Below, piece by piece: positions 8,650-17,532 of a DNA stretch of 49,669 bases (the first letter of the stretch is position 1; each line of letters starts with the position of its first letter). The position numbers and the translations under genes were made by a program. The stretch comes from Actinomycetota bacterium (GTDB lineage Bacteria > Actinomycetota > Aquicultoria > SKW223). The stretch lies in NCBI GenBank assembly GCA_026417515.1, contig JAOADC010000066.1, positions 1 through 49,669 on the forward strand, written 5' to 3'. The notes beneath the pieces were generated by a model that saw only the letters and a program-made list of their open reading frames with translations, ran no database searches and had not been told where the DNA came from.

Positions 8650-9315
8650 ATGAATAAAAAATCATATAATTTGTTTGTGGCTAAAATAAATTCAAAGAAA
8701 AACGAGATAAGAATAAGGAGAAAAGTTGAACCCTTTGTTTGGTCTTACCAGTCTCTTAAAACCCTTCTAACTCTTTCGATTTTGGGTTTGTTGCTGGGCA
8801 TTGTGAGTTTATTGAGCGGAAAATATGTTAATTATTTCTTTCACTACTTAATCTATCCATTCGCGGTATTTGGCCAGATATCAAGTTATATTTTCCAGAA
8901 GGAGTATTATGAAATCGAAAGAAAAATAGATGGATTTTATTTGTTAAGCATCGTTCTCTTCGCATTAATTGAAGCCTTTTTTATCTGGAAGTATATTCTA
9001 CTTCTATACCAATTTCTGGTGATGTTTGGATTGGCAGCAACAGGTCTAGCGTTTCTCGGTTTAAACTCAGGAATCAGACAGATTGAAAAATTTGGATTAA
9101 AGCCACCTTCAAAAAGAATGGCACGAATTTTATATCTGGCACCTTTTATCTGGTTTATCCTATACCTTCTTGCAGCATTTACTCTTCCACTTTTAAGAAT
9201 AAACAGCCAGAACTTCATTCACTTTTCTCTTGCCCCAGCTTTTTCAGTGCTTTCATCACTCAACATTGGGTTTTTTGGTGGCTTCGTAAAAGAATCGATA
9301 AAGTTAAAAAAATGA
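8650..9315 (+). CDS. Hypothetical multi-pass membrane protein (alternative start GTG 8677)
   Basis: About 6 hydrophobic segments; overlaps the next gene by 4 nt. Confidence 0.6.
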   Translation: MNKKSYNLFVAKINSKKNEIRIRRKVEPFVWSYQSLKTLLTLSILGLLLGIVSLLSGKYVNYFFHYLIYPFAVFGQISSYIFQKEYYEIERKIDGFYLLSIVLFALIEAFFIWKYILLLYQFLVMFGLAATGLAFLGLNSGIRQIEKFGLKPPSKRMARILYLAPFIWFILYLLAAFTLPLLRINSQNFIHFSLAPAFSVLSSLNIGFFGGFVKESIKLKK

Positions 9316-9707
9316 TGGCAGAGAAAAGTGTTGTCAGAGATTACTCGAGGTTTCTAAAAGGCGCTTTCATTATAATCTGTAGTTTCACAGCAGTAATCGC
9401 TATATCCTCGTTGATTTATTTGTTGTTGGTTGGAAAGATAAATGCTGCATCGGCAGTTTTTTCCGCTGCCATAATATTTTTCTTAATAGTTCTTCCGCTT
9501 ATTTTGTCTCTGAGAATGCCTGGATCGATTGGAATATTTTTCTTAATCATAGGATCAGGAGTCTTTGTTGCTTCTTTAAAACTCGAGGCTTCAGCAAAAG
9601 GAAAGAATTTTTTTGTTGGAGCAAGCACAGCGCTCATTATTTCAGGAATTCTACTCATTCTTTCTCTTCTTGCTGAAAAAATATCCAGAAAGGGCAGGGA
9701 AGGATGA
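9312..9707 (+). CDS. Hypothetical 4-TM membrane protein
   Basis: Four hydrophobic stretches; ATGA overlaps with both neighbours. Confidence 0.6.
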   Translation: MMAEKSVVRDYSRFLKGAFIIICSFTAVIAISSLIYLLLVGKINAASAVFSAAIIFFLIVLPLILSLRMPGSIGIFFLIIGSGVFVASLKLEASAKGKNFFVGASTALIISGILLILSLLAEKISRKGREG

Positions 9708-10225
9708 GTAATTTAACCAGGCAGATACCAAATGCTTTAACCATCTTGAGAATTTTCCTTTCTCCTTTTCTTTTCTACTATTTATCCAGAGGAAGGCTTT
9801 CTACTGCTTTTTTGCTCGTCCTTTTTGTATTTCTTACTGATTTTTTTGACGGGTTTCTATCTAGAGTTCTTGAATCAGAAACGAATTTTGGAAAAATTAT
9901 GGACCCTTTTGCTGATAGGCTGGCTGTGGTTTGTGTCGTAGGTGGGTTAGCGTTTGGGAATCGTATACCTTTTGAGGTTCTCCTGGTTATTTTACTGCGT
10001 GAGATATTGGCTATTGGAGGATATGTTGCTATCAAGACATTTTTAAGCAAAGATTTTAAAATTATTAAAGAAGGCAAAGTGGTGGCAGCTTTGGTTTATA
10101 TTGTTCTTACTTTAAGCATCTTATTTAAACTGCCTTCTTGGTTTTTCTACTTACTTGCGTTTATCTATTTTATTCCCTTTGCTTTTTACCTAAAGCAGGC
10201 AGTTGCTTTAAGAAAGGGGGCATAA
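9704..10225 (+). CDS. CDP-alcohol phosphatidyltransferase (PgsA-like)
   Basis: IPNALTILR and signature DFFDGFLSR...FGKIMDPFADR. Confidence 0.9.
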   Translation: MSNLTRQIPNALTILRIFLSPFLFYYLSRGRLSTAFLLVLFVFLTDFFDGFLSRVLESETNFGKIMDPFADRLAVVCVVGGLAFGNRIPFEVLLVILLREILAIGGYVAIKTFLSKDFKIIKEGKVVAALVYIVLTLSILFKLPSWFFYLLAFIYFIPFAFYLKQAVALRKGA

Positions 10226-10230
10226 AAAAG

Positions 10231-10872
10231 ATGATAATAAAATGGTTAGGACATGCTATGTTCGAGATTCTAGATGAGAAATCAGGATTGAAGATAATTA
10301 CAGATCCTTATTCTGAAGAAGTTGGATATCCTGTAAAAAAAAGAAGTGCTGATGTGGTAACACAGAGCCATGATCACTTTGATCACAACAACATTTCATC
10401 AGTTGAATCTAAGATGGTAATAAAGGATGAGGGTTTGTTTGAATATGGTGGTGTAAGATTTGAAGGTTTACGAACCTTCCATGACGAACATGCAGGAAAG
10501 CAGCGTGGAATCAATCTAATCTTTAAGATTCAGGGAGAAATGACAGTGGTTCATATGGGAGACTATGGTGAAAAGTTTTTAAGGCAAGAGGTGAAAGAAT
10601 TTATTTCTGGCGCAGATATTCTACTTCTACCAGTTGGTGGTGTTTTCACCATTGGACCCAGAGAAGCAGTGCAGGTTGTTAAGGAGGCTAACCCAAAAAT
10701 AGTAATCCCAATGCACTACAAAACGCCACATCTAAAGTTCGAACTATCAAGCGTGGATGACTTTTTAAATGAGTCTGGATTGCTATACGAATCAAGGGAA
10801 GAACTTAGAGTATTTAAGGAAAATCTAGATCTAAACTCTATTCGAGTTTATGTCTTAAACTATGAGGTTTAA
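10231..10872 (+). CDS. MBL-fold metal-dependent hydrolase
   Basis: WLGHA, TDPY, SHDHFDH, HMGD, PVGG, IPMHY; ATG 10231 after AAGGGGG. Confidence 0.88.
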   Translation: MIIKWLGHAMFEILDEKSGLKIITDPYSEEVGYPVKKRSADVVTQSHDHFDHNNISSVESKMVIKDEGLFEYGGVRFEGLRTFHDEHAGKQRGINLIFKIQGEMTVVHMGDYGEKFLRQEVKEFISGADILLLPVGGVFTIGPREAVQVVKEANPKIVIPMHYKTPHLKFELSSVDDFLNESGLLYESREELRVFKENLDLNSIRVYVLNYEV

Positions 10873-10881
10873 TTAAAGCAA

Positions 10882-11625
10882 ATGACTAAGGTAAGCACTT
10901 CAAAGAATCGGAAGATTGAAGCCATTCTTCTTGGCACATTTGTTTTCATTTCAATGTTTCTTCTCGTTCTACTCGCTAAAAACATTTCTGGAATTAGACC
11001 TATAAGGCAGAACAAGGACGCGCTTATCTCCAGGATTAGAGAACTCGAACAAGAAAGAGCAAAATATAAAAAGACTATTGAAGAATTAAATAAGCAGATT
11101 GGAGAATTGGAGCGCAAAACTGCTTCTTCTGACAGAAGAGTTAAGGAATTGAAGAGACAGCTCGATTTGCTAAGAGAAGAGGTTGGAATGACCGCAATAA
11201 TTGGCAAAGGTGTTGAGGTAACTCTAAAAGATGCAGAGGTTTCGGGTGGTTTGATTGAAGAAGAACAGGCAGTGGTGCACGATTCTGATCTGAGGCTTTT
11301 AGTCAATGGTCTTTTTCTTGGCGGTGCAAGGGCTGTTTCGATAAATGGTGAAAGAATTACCTCAGTCTCTTCAATCAGGTGCGTAGGACCAACCATACTT
11401 GTAAACAGCAAAAGAATATCCTCGCCTTTTGTAGTAAAAGCAATAGGAGATCCTGAATCATTAATTGATGGATTATATGAAGAGCCAACGCTTAATTACT
11501 ATATAACACAATTGTTTCCAGAGATAGGAATAGGTTTTTCTGTAAAGAAAAAGGATGACATAAGAATTCCAGCATACAAGGGGAACCTTAGTTTCAGCAA
11601 AAATTTAGTAAGGGTGGCGAAGTAA
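10882..11625 (+). CDS. DUF881 family protein
   Basis: N-terminal TM, coiled coil, G.GVEVTL.D, VHDSDL..LVN.L..GGA.AVSINGER, CVGPTILVN, AIGDP. Confidence 0.88.
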   Translation: MTKVSTSKNRKIEAILLGTFVFISMFLLVLLAKNISGIRPIRQNKDALISRIRELEQERAKYKKTIEELNKQIGELERKTASSDRRVKELKRQLDLLREEVGMTAIIGKGVEVTLKDAEVSGGLIEEEQAVVHDSDLRLLVNGLFLGGARAVSINGERITSVSSIRCVGPTILVNSKRISSPFVVKAIGDPESLIDGLYEEPTLNYYITQLFPEIGIGFSVKKKDDIRIPAYKGNLSFSKNLVRVAK

Positions 11626-11984
11626 TGATCTGGATGTCGATTTTAGCAGGAGTGACTGCAGGAGTACTATTAGGAGTATTTGTAACTCTCGAAATCCCTG
11701 CTGTTATTGCCAGGTATGTATCGATTGCTCTTCTTGCATCCTTTGACACTCTTATAGGAGGTTTAAAATCTTATCTTAAAAAAGAGTTCGATGAATGGAT
11801 TTTCGTGTCTGGATTCCTGGCTAACTCCTTGCTTGCTGCTTTTATATCCTATCTCGGTGATAGACTTGGAATAGAACTATACCTTGCTGTTCTACTTGTT
11901 TTTGGAATGAGGATATTTCAAAATCTCGCAGAACTCAGGCATGCCTTGATTCTTAAGTTAAGAAGGGTTAAGAAGAATAAATGA
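11625..11984 (+). CDS. DUF1290 / small basic protein (Sbp) family membrane protein
   Basis: YVSIALLASFDTLIGG...F.SGFLANSLLAA...GDRLG.ELYLA...FGMRIFQNLA. Confidence 0.88.
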   Translation: MIWMSILAGVTAGVLLGVFVTLEIPAVIARYVSIALLASFDTLIGGLKSYLKKEFDEWIFVSGFLANSLLAAFISYLGDRLGIELYLAVLLVFGMRIFQNLAELRHALILKLRRVKKNK

Positions 11985-12649
11985 AGATCAGGTGGGATAT
12001 TGTAATTCTTACTTTTTTTATAACTTCTTTGGTGGTTGGTTTCTTTTTAACCGTTCAGCTAAGGGTTTTTGGAAGTAAGGGTGCTTTGGAAGCGTTATCA
12101 ATGAGCGATCTTACGACCCTTTACAATGACTTAAATACAGAAGTTATTGAATTGAAAGCCTATGTGCAGGAACTGAAAATAAGAGCAAATGAGTATTCTT
12201 CAATAACTGGAAATAGAGAGCGCCTCTTAAAAACTATGAAAGAAGAGATTGAGATGCTTAGAGTTATTTCTGGAGCAGCATCTGTTGAGGGCAAAGGAGT
12301 TGAGGTAACGGTTTTTGATGACAAGAATAACTTGCAATCTTTGGACCTGATTGATCTTGTGAATGAGTTGAGAGCAGCAGGTGCAATAGCGATAAGTGTA
12401 AATAACATAAGAATAATTTTTAACTCGAGTTTCTTAAAAACCAATCAGGGCTTTATAATAGACGGCATTGCAATTGGAGCACCATATACTGTTTCAGCAA
12501 TTGGTGATCCTGAAACTCTTTATTCATCATTAACATTTCCTGGAGGAGTGGCAAAATCGATTGATGCAATTGAAGGAGTTTCGGTATCTGTTGTGAAAAA
12601 GGACAGCATATTCATATCTTCAAAGAAGTCGGCAAAAAGTAAAAATTGA
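11981..12649 (+). CDS. DUF881 family protein
   Basis: G.GVEVTV.D, DLVNELRAAGA.AISVN, PY.VSAIGDP..L..SL.FPGG. Confidence 0.88.
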   Translation: MKIRWDIVILTFFITSLVVGFFLTVQLRVFGSKGALEALSMSDLTTLYNDLNTEVIELKAYVQELKIRANEYSSITGNRERLLKTMKEEIEMLRVISGAASVEGKGVEVTVFDDKNNLQSLDLIDLVNELRAAGAIAISVNNIRIIFNSSFLKTNQGFIIDGIAIGAPYTVSAIGDPETLYSSLTFPGGVAKSIDAIEGVSVSVVKKDSIFISSKKSAKSKN

Positions 12650-14451
12650 ATTTTGCTGGGAAATTTAAATTGAAGAAAATCGAAAGTTTCTTAAAAAATA
12701 GGTGGAAGACGGCATTTTTTGTATTTACCCTGCTTGTGTCAATTTTGGTTGCTATGCCGTTAGTTTTTTTCTTATCCGGTCGTTATCCAATGAGATTATC
12801 GGTAAATAGTTTAAACCTGGGACTTAAAAGCAAGGATCTTGTTAGAGAAGAAATCATCAAAGACTTTGAAAAAAAGAACGAGGAAAAGGTGGAACTTGTT
12901 ATTGAAGGTGTAAAGGTTAATATCAAACCTGAAAATACAGGAGTTTTACTTGATGCTAATAAAACGATTTATCGTTTAGAGTCTTTATACTTTAAGCCTG
13001 AAGGTTTGAATTGGTATTTTTCTCTACTAAGAGCGTTTTATTTTGGTGAGAGATTCTTACCAAGTCTACAGATAGACTTTCAAAAACTATCAGCGTTCAA
13101 AAGAGATATGGATGAAAAATTTGGCAAAACTCCTTTAAATGCAGTTGTTTTCATAGACGATAAAGGATCTCCAGTCTATAAGCCAGAAAAAAGTGGAAAA
13201 TTATTTAAAAAGGCAGATCTACTCGATGTTTTAAGACAGGCACTGATAACCGGAAAACCAATGGTTCTTAAGACTAAGACAGCGCTACCAAAAGTCTTGA
13301 TGGAAGATGTAAAAAGATTGGTGAATGAGCAATTACCGATTTTCTCTCAAAAGAGCCTGATTCTTACCTACGATGATGTGGAGTATGAAATAAAAGGAAA
13401 AGATTTAATTAAAACTCTTGAATCAGGTGTTGTGGATGGAAAGCTGACATTCATTATAAGGCCAGATAAACTTAAAGAAGTAGCAAGAAACTTTTTCGAA
13501 TCACTGGAAAAAGAACCGAAAAATGCATCTTTTGCTGTGGTCGAGGGAAGGGTTGTTATAGTTCCTGAGAAACTGGGTGTAGCAGTTGACGCAACAAGAA
13601 CGGCTGAAATTGCTTCACGTCAACTTTTAATTTCTCAAAGAGCAACAGTCGAAGTCTATCTTCGTGAAGTTTATCCAGAGATTACATCAAAAGAAGCAAA
13701 AACATTTGGCATAAAAGAAATGATCTCTTCTTTCACAACAGAATACAATCCCAATCAGACAGCAAGAGTAACAAACATCAAACTTCTTGCCAAACTTTTA
13801 GATGGGCAGTTGATTGCCCCAGGTGAAGTTTTTTCTTTCAATCAAAGAATCGGACCAAGGACTTTAGAGAGAGGATTCAAGCTTGCCCCAACAATAGTCA
13901 ATGGAAGACTGGTCGATACCGCTGGTGGAGGGGCTTGTCAGGTTGGGACTACACTTTTTAACACTGCCTTTTTTGCCGGTCTTAAAATAATTGAACGTCA
14001 TAACCACAGTTTTCTTATTAACCACTATCCAGCAGGAAGGGATGCCACAGTATCATATGGTGGATATGATTTGAAGTTTAAGAATGATTACAGAAGCTGG
14101 ATACTTATTAAAGCCTATGCAACCCAGAGCAAAATAACAATAAGTTTTTACGGAACATCAGAAAATCGAAAAGTAAGGTTTGAAACAACAGGTCCATATG
14201 ATTTAAAGCCATACAGGATAGAAGAGGTGAAAGACTCTACTCTTGAGGTTGGAAAAAGAAAAATTGAAGACAAGGGGATAATGGGTCAAAGATATATCGT
14301 TGTGCGCAAAGTTTACGATGCTTCAGGTAGACTACTCTATAAAGATATCTTTAAGAGCAAATATAGACCAAAGACCGAGATAGTGCGTGTCGGGACAAAG
14401 CCTGTAAGCAAGAATTTTTCAACCACAGAAACCACGCAATTAACGAACTGA
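12646..14451 (+). CDS. VanW-family protein with N-terminal TM/peptidoglycan-binding region and C-terminal G5-like domain
   Basis: PGEVFSFNQ.IG, GGGACQVGTTLFN, ERHNHS, GRDATV, C-terminal P...IVRVGTK. Confidence 0.85.
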   Translation: MNFAGKFKLKKIESFLKNRWKTAFFVFTLLVSILVAMPLVFFLSGRYPMRLSVNSLNLGLKSKDLVREEIIKDFEKKNEEKVELVIEGVKVNIKPENTGVLLDANKTIYRLESLYFKPEGLNWYFSLLRAFYFGERFLPSLQIDFQKLSAFKRDMDEKFGKTPLNAVVFIDDKGSPVYKPEKSGKLFKKADLLDVLRQALITGKPMVLKTKTALPKVLMEDVKRLVNEQLPIFSQKSLILTYDDVEYEIKGKDLIKTLESGVVDGKLTFIIRPDKLKEVARNFFESLEKEPKNASFAVVEGRVVIVPEKLGVAVDATRTAEIASRQLLISQRATVEVYLREVYPEITSKEAKTFGIKEMISSFTTEYNPNQTARVTNIKLLAKLLDGQLIAPGEVFSFNQRIGPRTLERGFKLAPTIVNGRLVDTAGGGACQVGTTLFNTAFFAGLKIIERHNHSFLINHYPAGRDATVSYGGYDLKFKNDYRSWILIKAYATQSKITISFYGTSENRKVRFETTGPYDLKPYRIEEVKDSTLEVGKRKIEDKGIMGQRYIVVRKVYDASGRLLYKDIFKSKYRPKTEIVRVGTKPVSKNFSTTETTQLTN

Positions 14452-14455
14452 TTTT

Positions 14456-14545
14456 TTACTTATTTTTCAGCGATTCTCTATATGCCCACCATGAAAAAAC
14501 TGCTAAGAATGCCAGGAGGATGATTGTTGCTAGGTGTTGCCACAC
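14456..14545 (-). CDS. Putative 29-aa single-TM small protein MWQHLATIILLAFLAVFSWWAYRESLKNK
   Basis: GAGGTGA SD 5 nt before GTG; fills the gap after the GNAT gene; hydrophobic core plus basic tail. Confidence 0.6.
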   Translation of the reverse strand: MWQHLATIILLAFLAVFSWWAYRESLKNK

Positions 14546-14555
14546 TTTTATCACC

Positions 14556-15032
14556 TCACTTCAATAATTCATATAGGAGTGCTTCTTCAGAGCAATCAGG
14601 GAAATGGGTACAGTTAAGACAATCTTTCCAGATCTTTTGAGGAAGATCATTTTTCTTAGTTCTCTTAAACCCCTGTTTTTCAAAGAACTCTGGAGAATAG
14701 GTTAATGTAAAAATCTTTCTAACACCCAATTTTTCTGCTTCTTTTATTGCTTCCTGAAGTAATCTTGTACCGATTTTCTTGTTCTGTCTGTTTTCTTTAA
14801 CTGCTAAAGAACGAACCTCTGCTAAATCTTCCCAGACAATATGAAGGGCTATGCATCCAACTATTTCTCCATCTTCTTCAGCAACAATAAAATCTCTGAT
14901 ATTTTCGTAAAGATCTGAAAGAGACCTTGGAAGCAAAAGTTCCTTCTTTGAAAAGTAATCAAGTAGATTCTTGATACCTTTTACATCAATTACCTTTGCT
15001 TTTCTAATTTTGAGAATTTCTTTATCGGTCAT
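14556..15032 (-). CDS. GNAT N-acetyltransferase, short ArgA-like amino-acid N-acetyltransferase
   Basis: LLPRS...LYENIRDF, LAEVRSLAV, FTLTY.PEFF, LPQKIWKDCLNC..FP.C.E.A. Confidence 0.8.
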   Translation of the reverse strand: MTDKEILKIRKAKVIDVKGIKNLLDYFSKKELLLPRSLSDLYENIRDFIVAEEDGEIVGCIALHIVWEDLAEVRSLAVKENRQNKKIGTRLLQEAIKEAEKLGVRKIFTLTYSPEFFEKQGFKRTKKNDLPQKIWKDCLNCTHFPDCSEEALLYELLK

Positions 15033-15070
15033 AAACTATAATATTAACGTTAAATTTCTTTCTTAAAAAG

Positions 15071-15376
15071 GTGATGATCGAATTGGCTGAAAAAAACTCT
15101 GATGCAGTTTTCACTGTTTTAGATTATCTGCTTTTGATAATCGAGAACCTCTTAGCAATAAGGGTTGTTTTTTCTTATCTTGGAGCCAAACAAACAATTA
15201 TTCATTCTATAAGCAATATTATTCTTTTTCCGTTTGCACCCCTTGTGAATAGGTTGACTTTTATTTCAGATACTAGCGTTCTTGATGTTTTTTCTGCAAT
15301 TCTTGTGATAATTCTTTTTTATCTACACAAAATTATCGACAGAAAAAATGCTTCGCTTTTGAGTGAGGTGAAGTAG
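15071..15376 (+). CDS. Small membrane protein, possibly YggT-like
   Basis: LLAIRVVFSYLGA...ILFPF..L and 2-3 hydrophobic segments. Confidence 0.45.
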   Translation: MMIELAEKNSDAVFTVLDYLLLIIENLLAIRVVFSYLGAKQTIIHSISNIILFPFAPLVNRLTFISDTSVLDVFSAILVIILFYLHKIIDRKNASLLSEVK

Positions 15377-15916
15377 ATGTCCAAAAAGGCACTCCTTATC
15401 ATTGATATGCTAAATGACTTTGTCGATGAGAAGGGTGCACTGCCTGTTCCAGAAGCAAAAAATGTTATTTCTCCAATTAAAAATCTCGTTGATTACTTTC
15501 GAAGCAAGAAAAGACCGGTGATTTACATCTGTGATAATCACCTCGAAGACGATCCTGAGTTTGAAGTTTGGGGAAAACACGCAGTTAGAGGAAGCTCAGG
15601 CGCTGATGTTATAGATGAATTAAAGCCTTTACCTTCTGATCCAATAATCTACAAAAGAAAATTCTCAGGATTTTTTGGTACAGAACTAGATCTTCTGCTG
15701 CGAGAAAAGGAAATAAAGAAGTTAATCATCACTGGTGTTCTTACGAACATATGCGTGCTTTATACAGCATCAGACGCTTATCAGTTGGGTTATAAAGTAA
15801 TTGTGCCTAAAGATTGTGTGGCAGCAGTGGATGAGGATATGCATAAATTTGCTCTAAGGCAACTTGAAGAGGTAGTTGGAGCAAAAATCGTTGAAAGCCA
15901 TACGGAACTTCTGTAG
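15377..15916 (+). CDS. Isochorismatase/nicotinamidase family cysteine hydrolase
   Basis: IIDMLNDF, WGKH, YKRKFSGFFGT, TGVLTNICVLYT (Asp-Lys-Cys triad). Confidence 0.9.
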   Translation: MSKKALLIIDMLNDFVDEKGALPVPEAKNVISPIKNLVDYFRSKKRPVIYICDNHLEDDPEFEVWGKHAVRGSSGADVIDELKPLPSDPIIYKRKFSGFFGTELDLLLREKEIKKLIITGVLTNICVLYTASDAYQLGYKVIVPKDCVAAVDEDMHKFALRQLEEVVGAKIVESHTELL

Positions 15917-15924
15917 TAAATCAA

Positions 15925-15953
15925 TTGATTATTTGAAATTTTAGAATTATAAT
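15925..15953 (+). promoter_or_regulatory. Sigma70-type promoter of the pyr operon
   Basis: TTGATT-17 nt-TATAAT immediately before the PyrR site. Confidence 0.75.
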
Positions 15954-15960
15954 TTTTCAA

Positions 15961-15993
15961 ACCTTTAAACCGGTCCAGCGAGGCCGGAAAGGA
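15961..15993 (+). promoter_or_regulatory. PyrR-binding RNA stem-loop (pyr attenuator)
   Basis: CCTTTAAA CCGGTCCAGCGAGGCCGG AAAGG matches the CUUUAA...RRUCCnGnGAGGY consensus; directly upstream of pyrR. Confidence 0.85.
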
Positions 15994-16017
15994 AGGAGTT
16001 GAAAAATTGAGAAAAAC

Positions 16018-16056
16018 GCCTGCACCACAAAATAAATGATGGTGCAGGCTTTTTTT
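16018..16056 (+). terminator. Intrinsic terminator of the pyr attenuator
   Basis: Perfect 10-bp stem GCCTGCACCA/TGGTGCAGGC followed by T7. Confidence 0.88.
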
Positions 16057-16063
16057 ATGTAAT

Positions 16064-16600
16064 ATGCAAGAAAAAATAATTCTTGGAAAAGAGGAAATAA
16101 GAAGAAGCCTTGCAAGGATTGCCCATGAGATTGTTGAGAAAAATAAAGGTGCCAGCAATATTGCACTAATTGGTATCTGGACAAGGGGAGCTTTCCTTTC
16201 TAAGCGGCTCAGAAATCTGATTGAAAAGATTGAAGGCGTAACTGTTCCAGCAGGAGTTCTTGACATTACCTTTTACCGCGATGACCTGAAGATAAGAGGC
16301 CTCAAACAACCTGGTCGCACAAGTATCGATTTTAATTTTGAAGGCAAAACTGTAATCCTCGTGGACGATGTTCTTTATACTGGAAGAACAGCTCGTGCGG
16401 CACTTAATGCTCTTATGGATTATGGTCGACCAAGCAGAGTGCAGCTGGCTGTTTTGGTTGACAGAGGACACAGGGAACTTCCAATCAAGCCTGATTTCGT
16501 TGGGAAAAATATTCCAACCTCAAAGAATGAGGAGATAAGAGTCTACCTTGAAGAGATCGATGGCAAGGATTCGGTTGTTATCAGGAGTGTGGAAGAGTGA
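16064..16600 (+). CDS. pyrR: Bifunctional pyr operon regulator / uracil phosphoribosyltransferase
   Basis: [38 protein letters not shown]. Confidence 0.97.
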   Translation: MQEKIILGKEEIRRSLARIAHEIVEKNKGASNIALIGIWTRGAFLSKRLRNLIEKIEGVTVPAGVLDITFYRDDLKIRGLKQPGRTSIDFNFEGKTVILVDDVLYTGRTARAALNALMDYGRPSRVQLAVLVDRGHRELPIKPDFVGKNIPTSKNEEIRVYLEEIDGKDSVVIRSVEE

Positions 16601-17532
16601 GACACCTTATCACAGTTAAAGACCTGAGTTTAGAAGATGTAAATGCTATTTTTATGCTGGCTGACTCTTTTTACGAGCAGATTGACTCAAGGCCCATAAA
16701 GAAGGTTCCACTCTTGACGGGAAAAACTGTGGCTCTTTTGTTTTCTGAACCGTCAACGAGGACGAGGGTCAGTTTTGAACTGGCAGCAAAGAGGCTGTCT
16801 GCTGACACAGTAACAATTACTCAAAGTACTAGTTCAATGAAGAAGGGTGAAACCTTAGAAGATACTGCAAGGACACTTTCTCAGTATGGAATTGATCTAT
16901 TGGTTATAAGGCATTCTAAAGCTGGGGCCCCTGATATCATTTCTTCGCTCGGTCTTTTTCCAGTTGTAAATGCAGGCGACGGAAAGAGATCGCATCCAAC
17001 ACAGGCTCTTTTGGACGCTTACACCATCTATCGTGAGTATGGAAAAATAAAGGGATTAAAGGTTGCCATCATCGGGGACATCTTACATTCAAGAGTAGCA
17101 CGCTCGAATTTTGAAATTCTTAGAATGTTTGGATGCAGGATTTTTGTTCTAGGACCAACAAGTATGATTCCATCCTATCTGCCTGAGGATGTTGTGAGAC
17201 TGGAAAACATTGAACAGGCAATTGAAGAATGCGATTTACTCTATTTCTTAAGGATTCAGTTTGAAAGATTCAATGAACGAGAAGTTGTCGATATCGATAC
17301 CTATCGAAGGAAGTATGCATTGACAAGAGAGAGGTTTGAAAAAATTAAGAAGCGCGATTTAAGAATAATGCATCCTGGACCGGTTAACAGGGGGATTGAG
17401 ATTGATAGTGAAGCAGTCGATTCTGAATTTTCTTTAGTGTTTAAACAGGTGAAGTTTGGATTGTATGTGAGAATGGGTATTCTTGCTTACCTTCTTTCTG
17501 AGAGGAGCGAAGAAATTGAAGTTCCTTATTAA
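16597..17532 (+). CDS. pyrB: Aspartate carbamoyltransferase catalytic subunit
   Basis: [38 protein letters not shown]. Confidence 0.97.
   Translation: MRHLITVKDLSLEDVNAIFMLADSFYEQIDSRPIKKVPLLTGKTVALLFSEPSTRTRVSFELAAKRLSADTVTITQSTSSMKKGETLEDTARTLSQYGIDLLVIRHSKAGAPDIISSLGLFPVVNAGDGKRSHPTQALLDAYTIYREYGKIKGLKVAIIGDILHSRVARSNFEILRMFGCRIFVLGPTSMIPSYLPEDVVRLENIEQAIEECDLLYFLRIQFERFNEREVVDIDTYRRKYALTRERFEKIKKRDLRIMHPGPVNRGIEIDSEAVDSEFSLVFKQVKFGLYVRMGILAYLLSERSEEIEVPY

Noticed and set aside
12646-14451. Vancomycin resistance locus
   Set aside because: VanW-domain proteins are widespread, and no vanHAX/vanRS genes are present
15790-16266. 158-aa and 75-aa minus-strand ORFs across the pyr leader
   Set aside because: They overlap the cysteine hydrolase, the PyrR attenuator and pyrR; no family features
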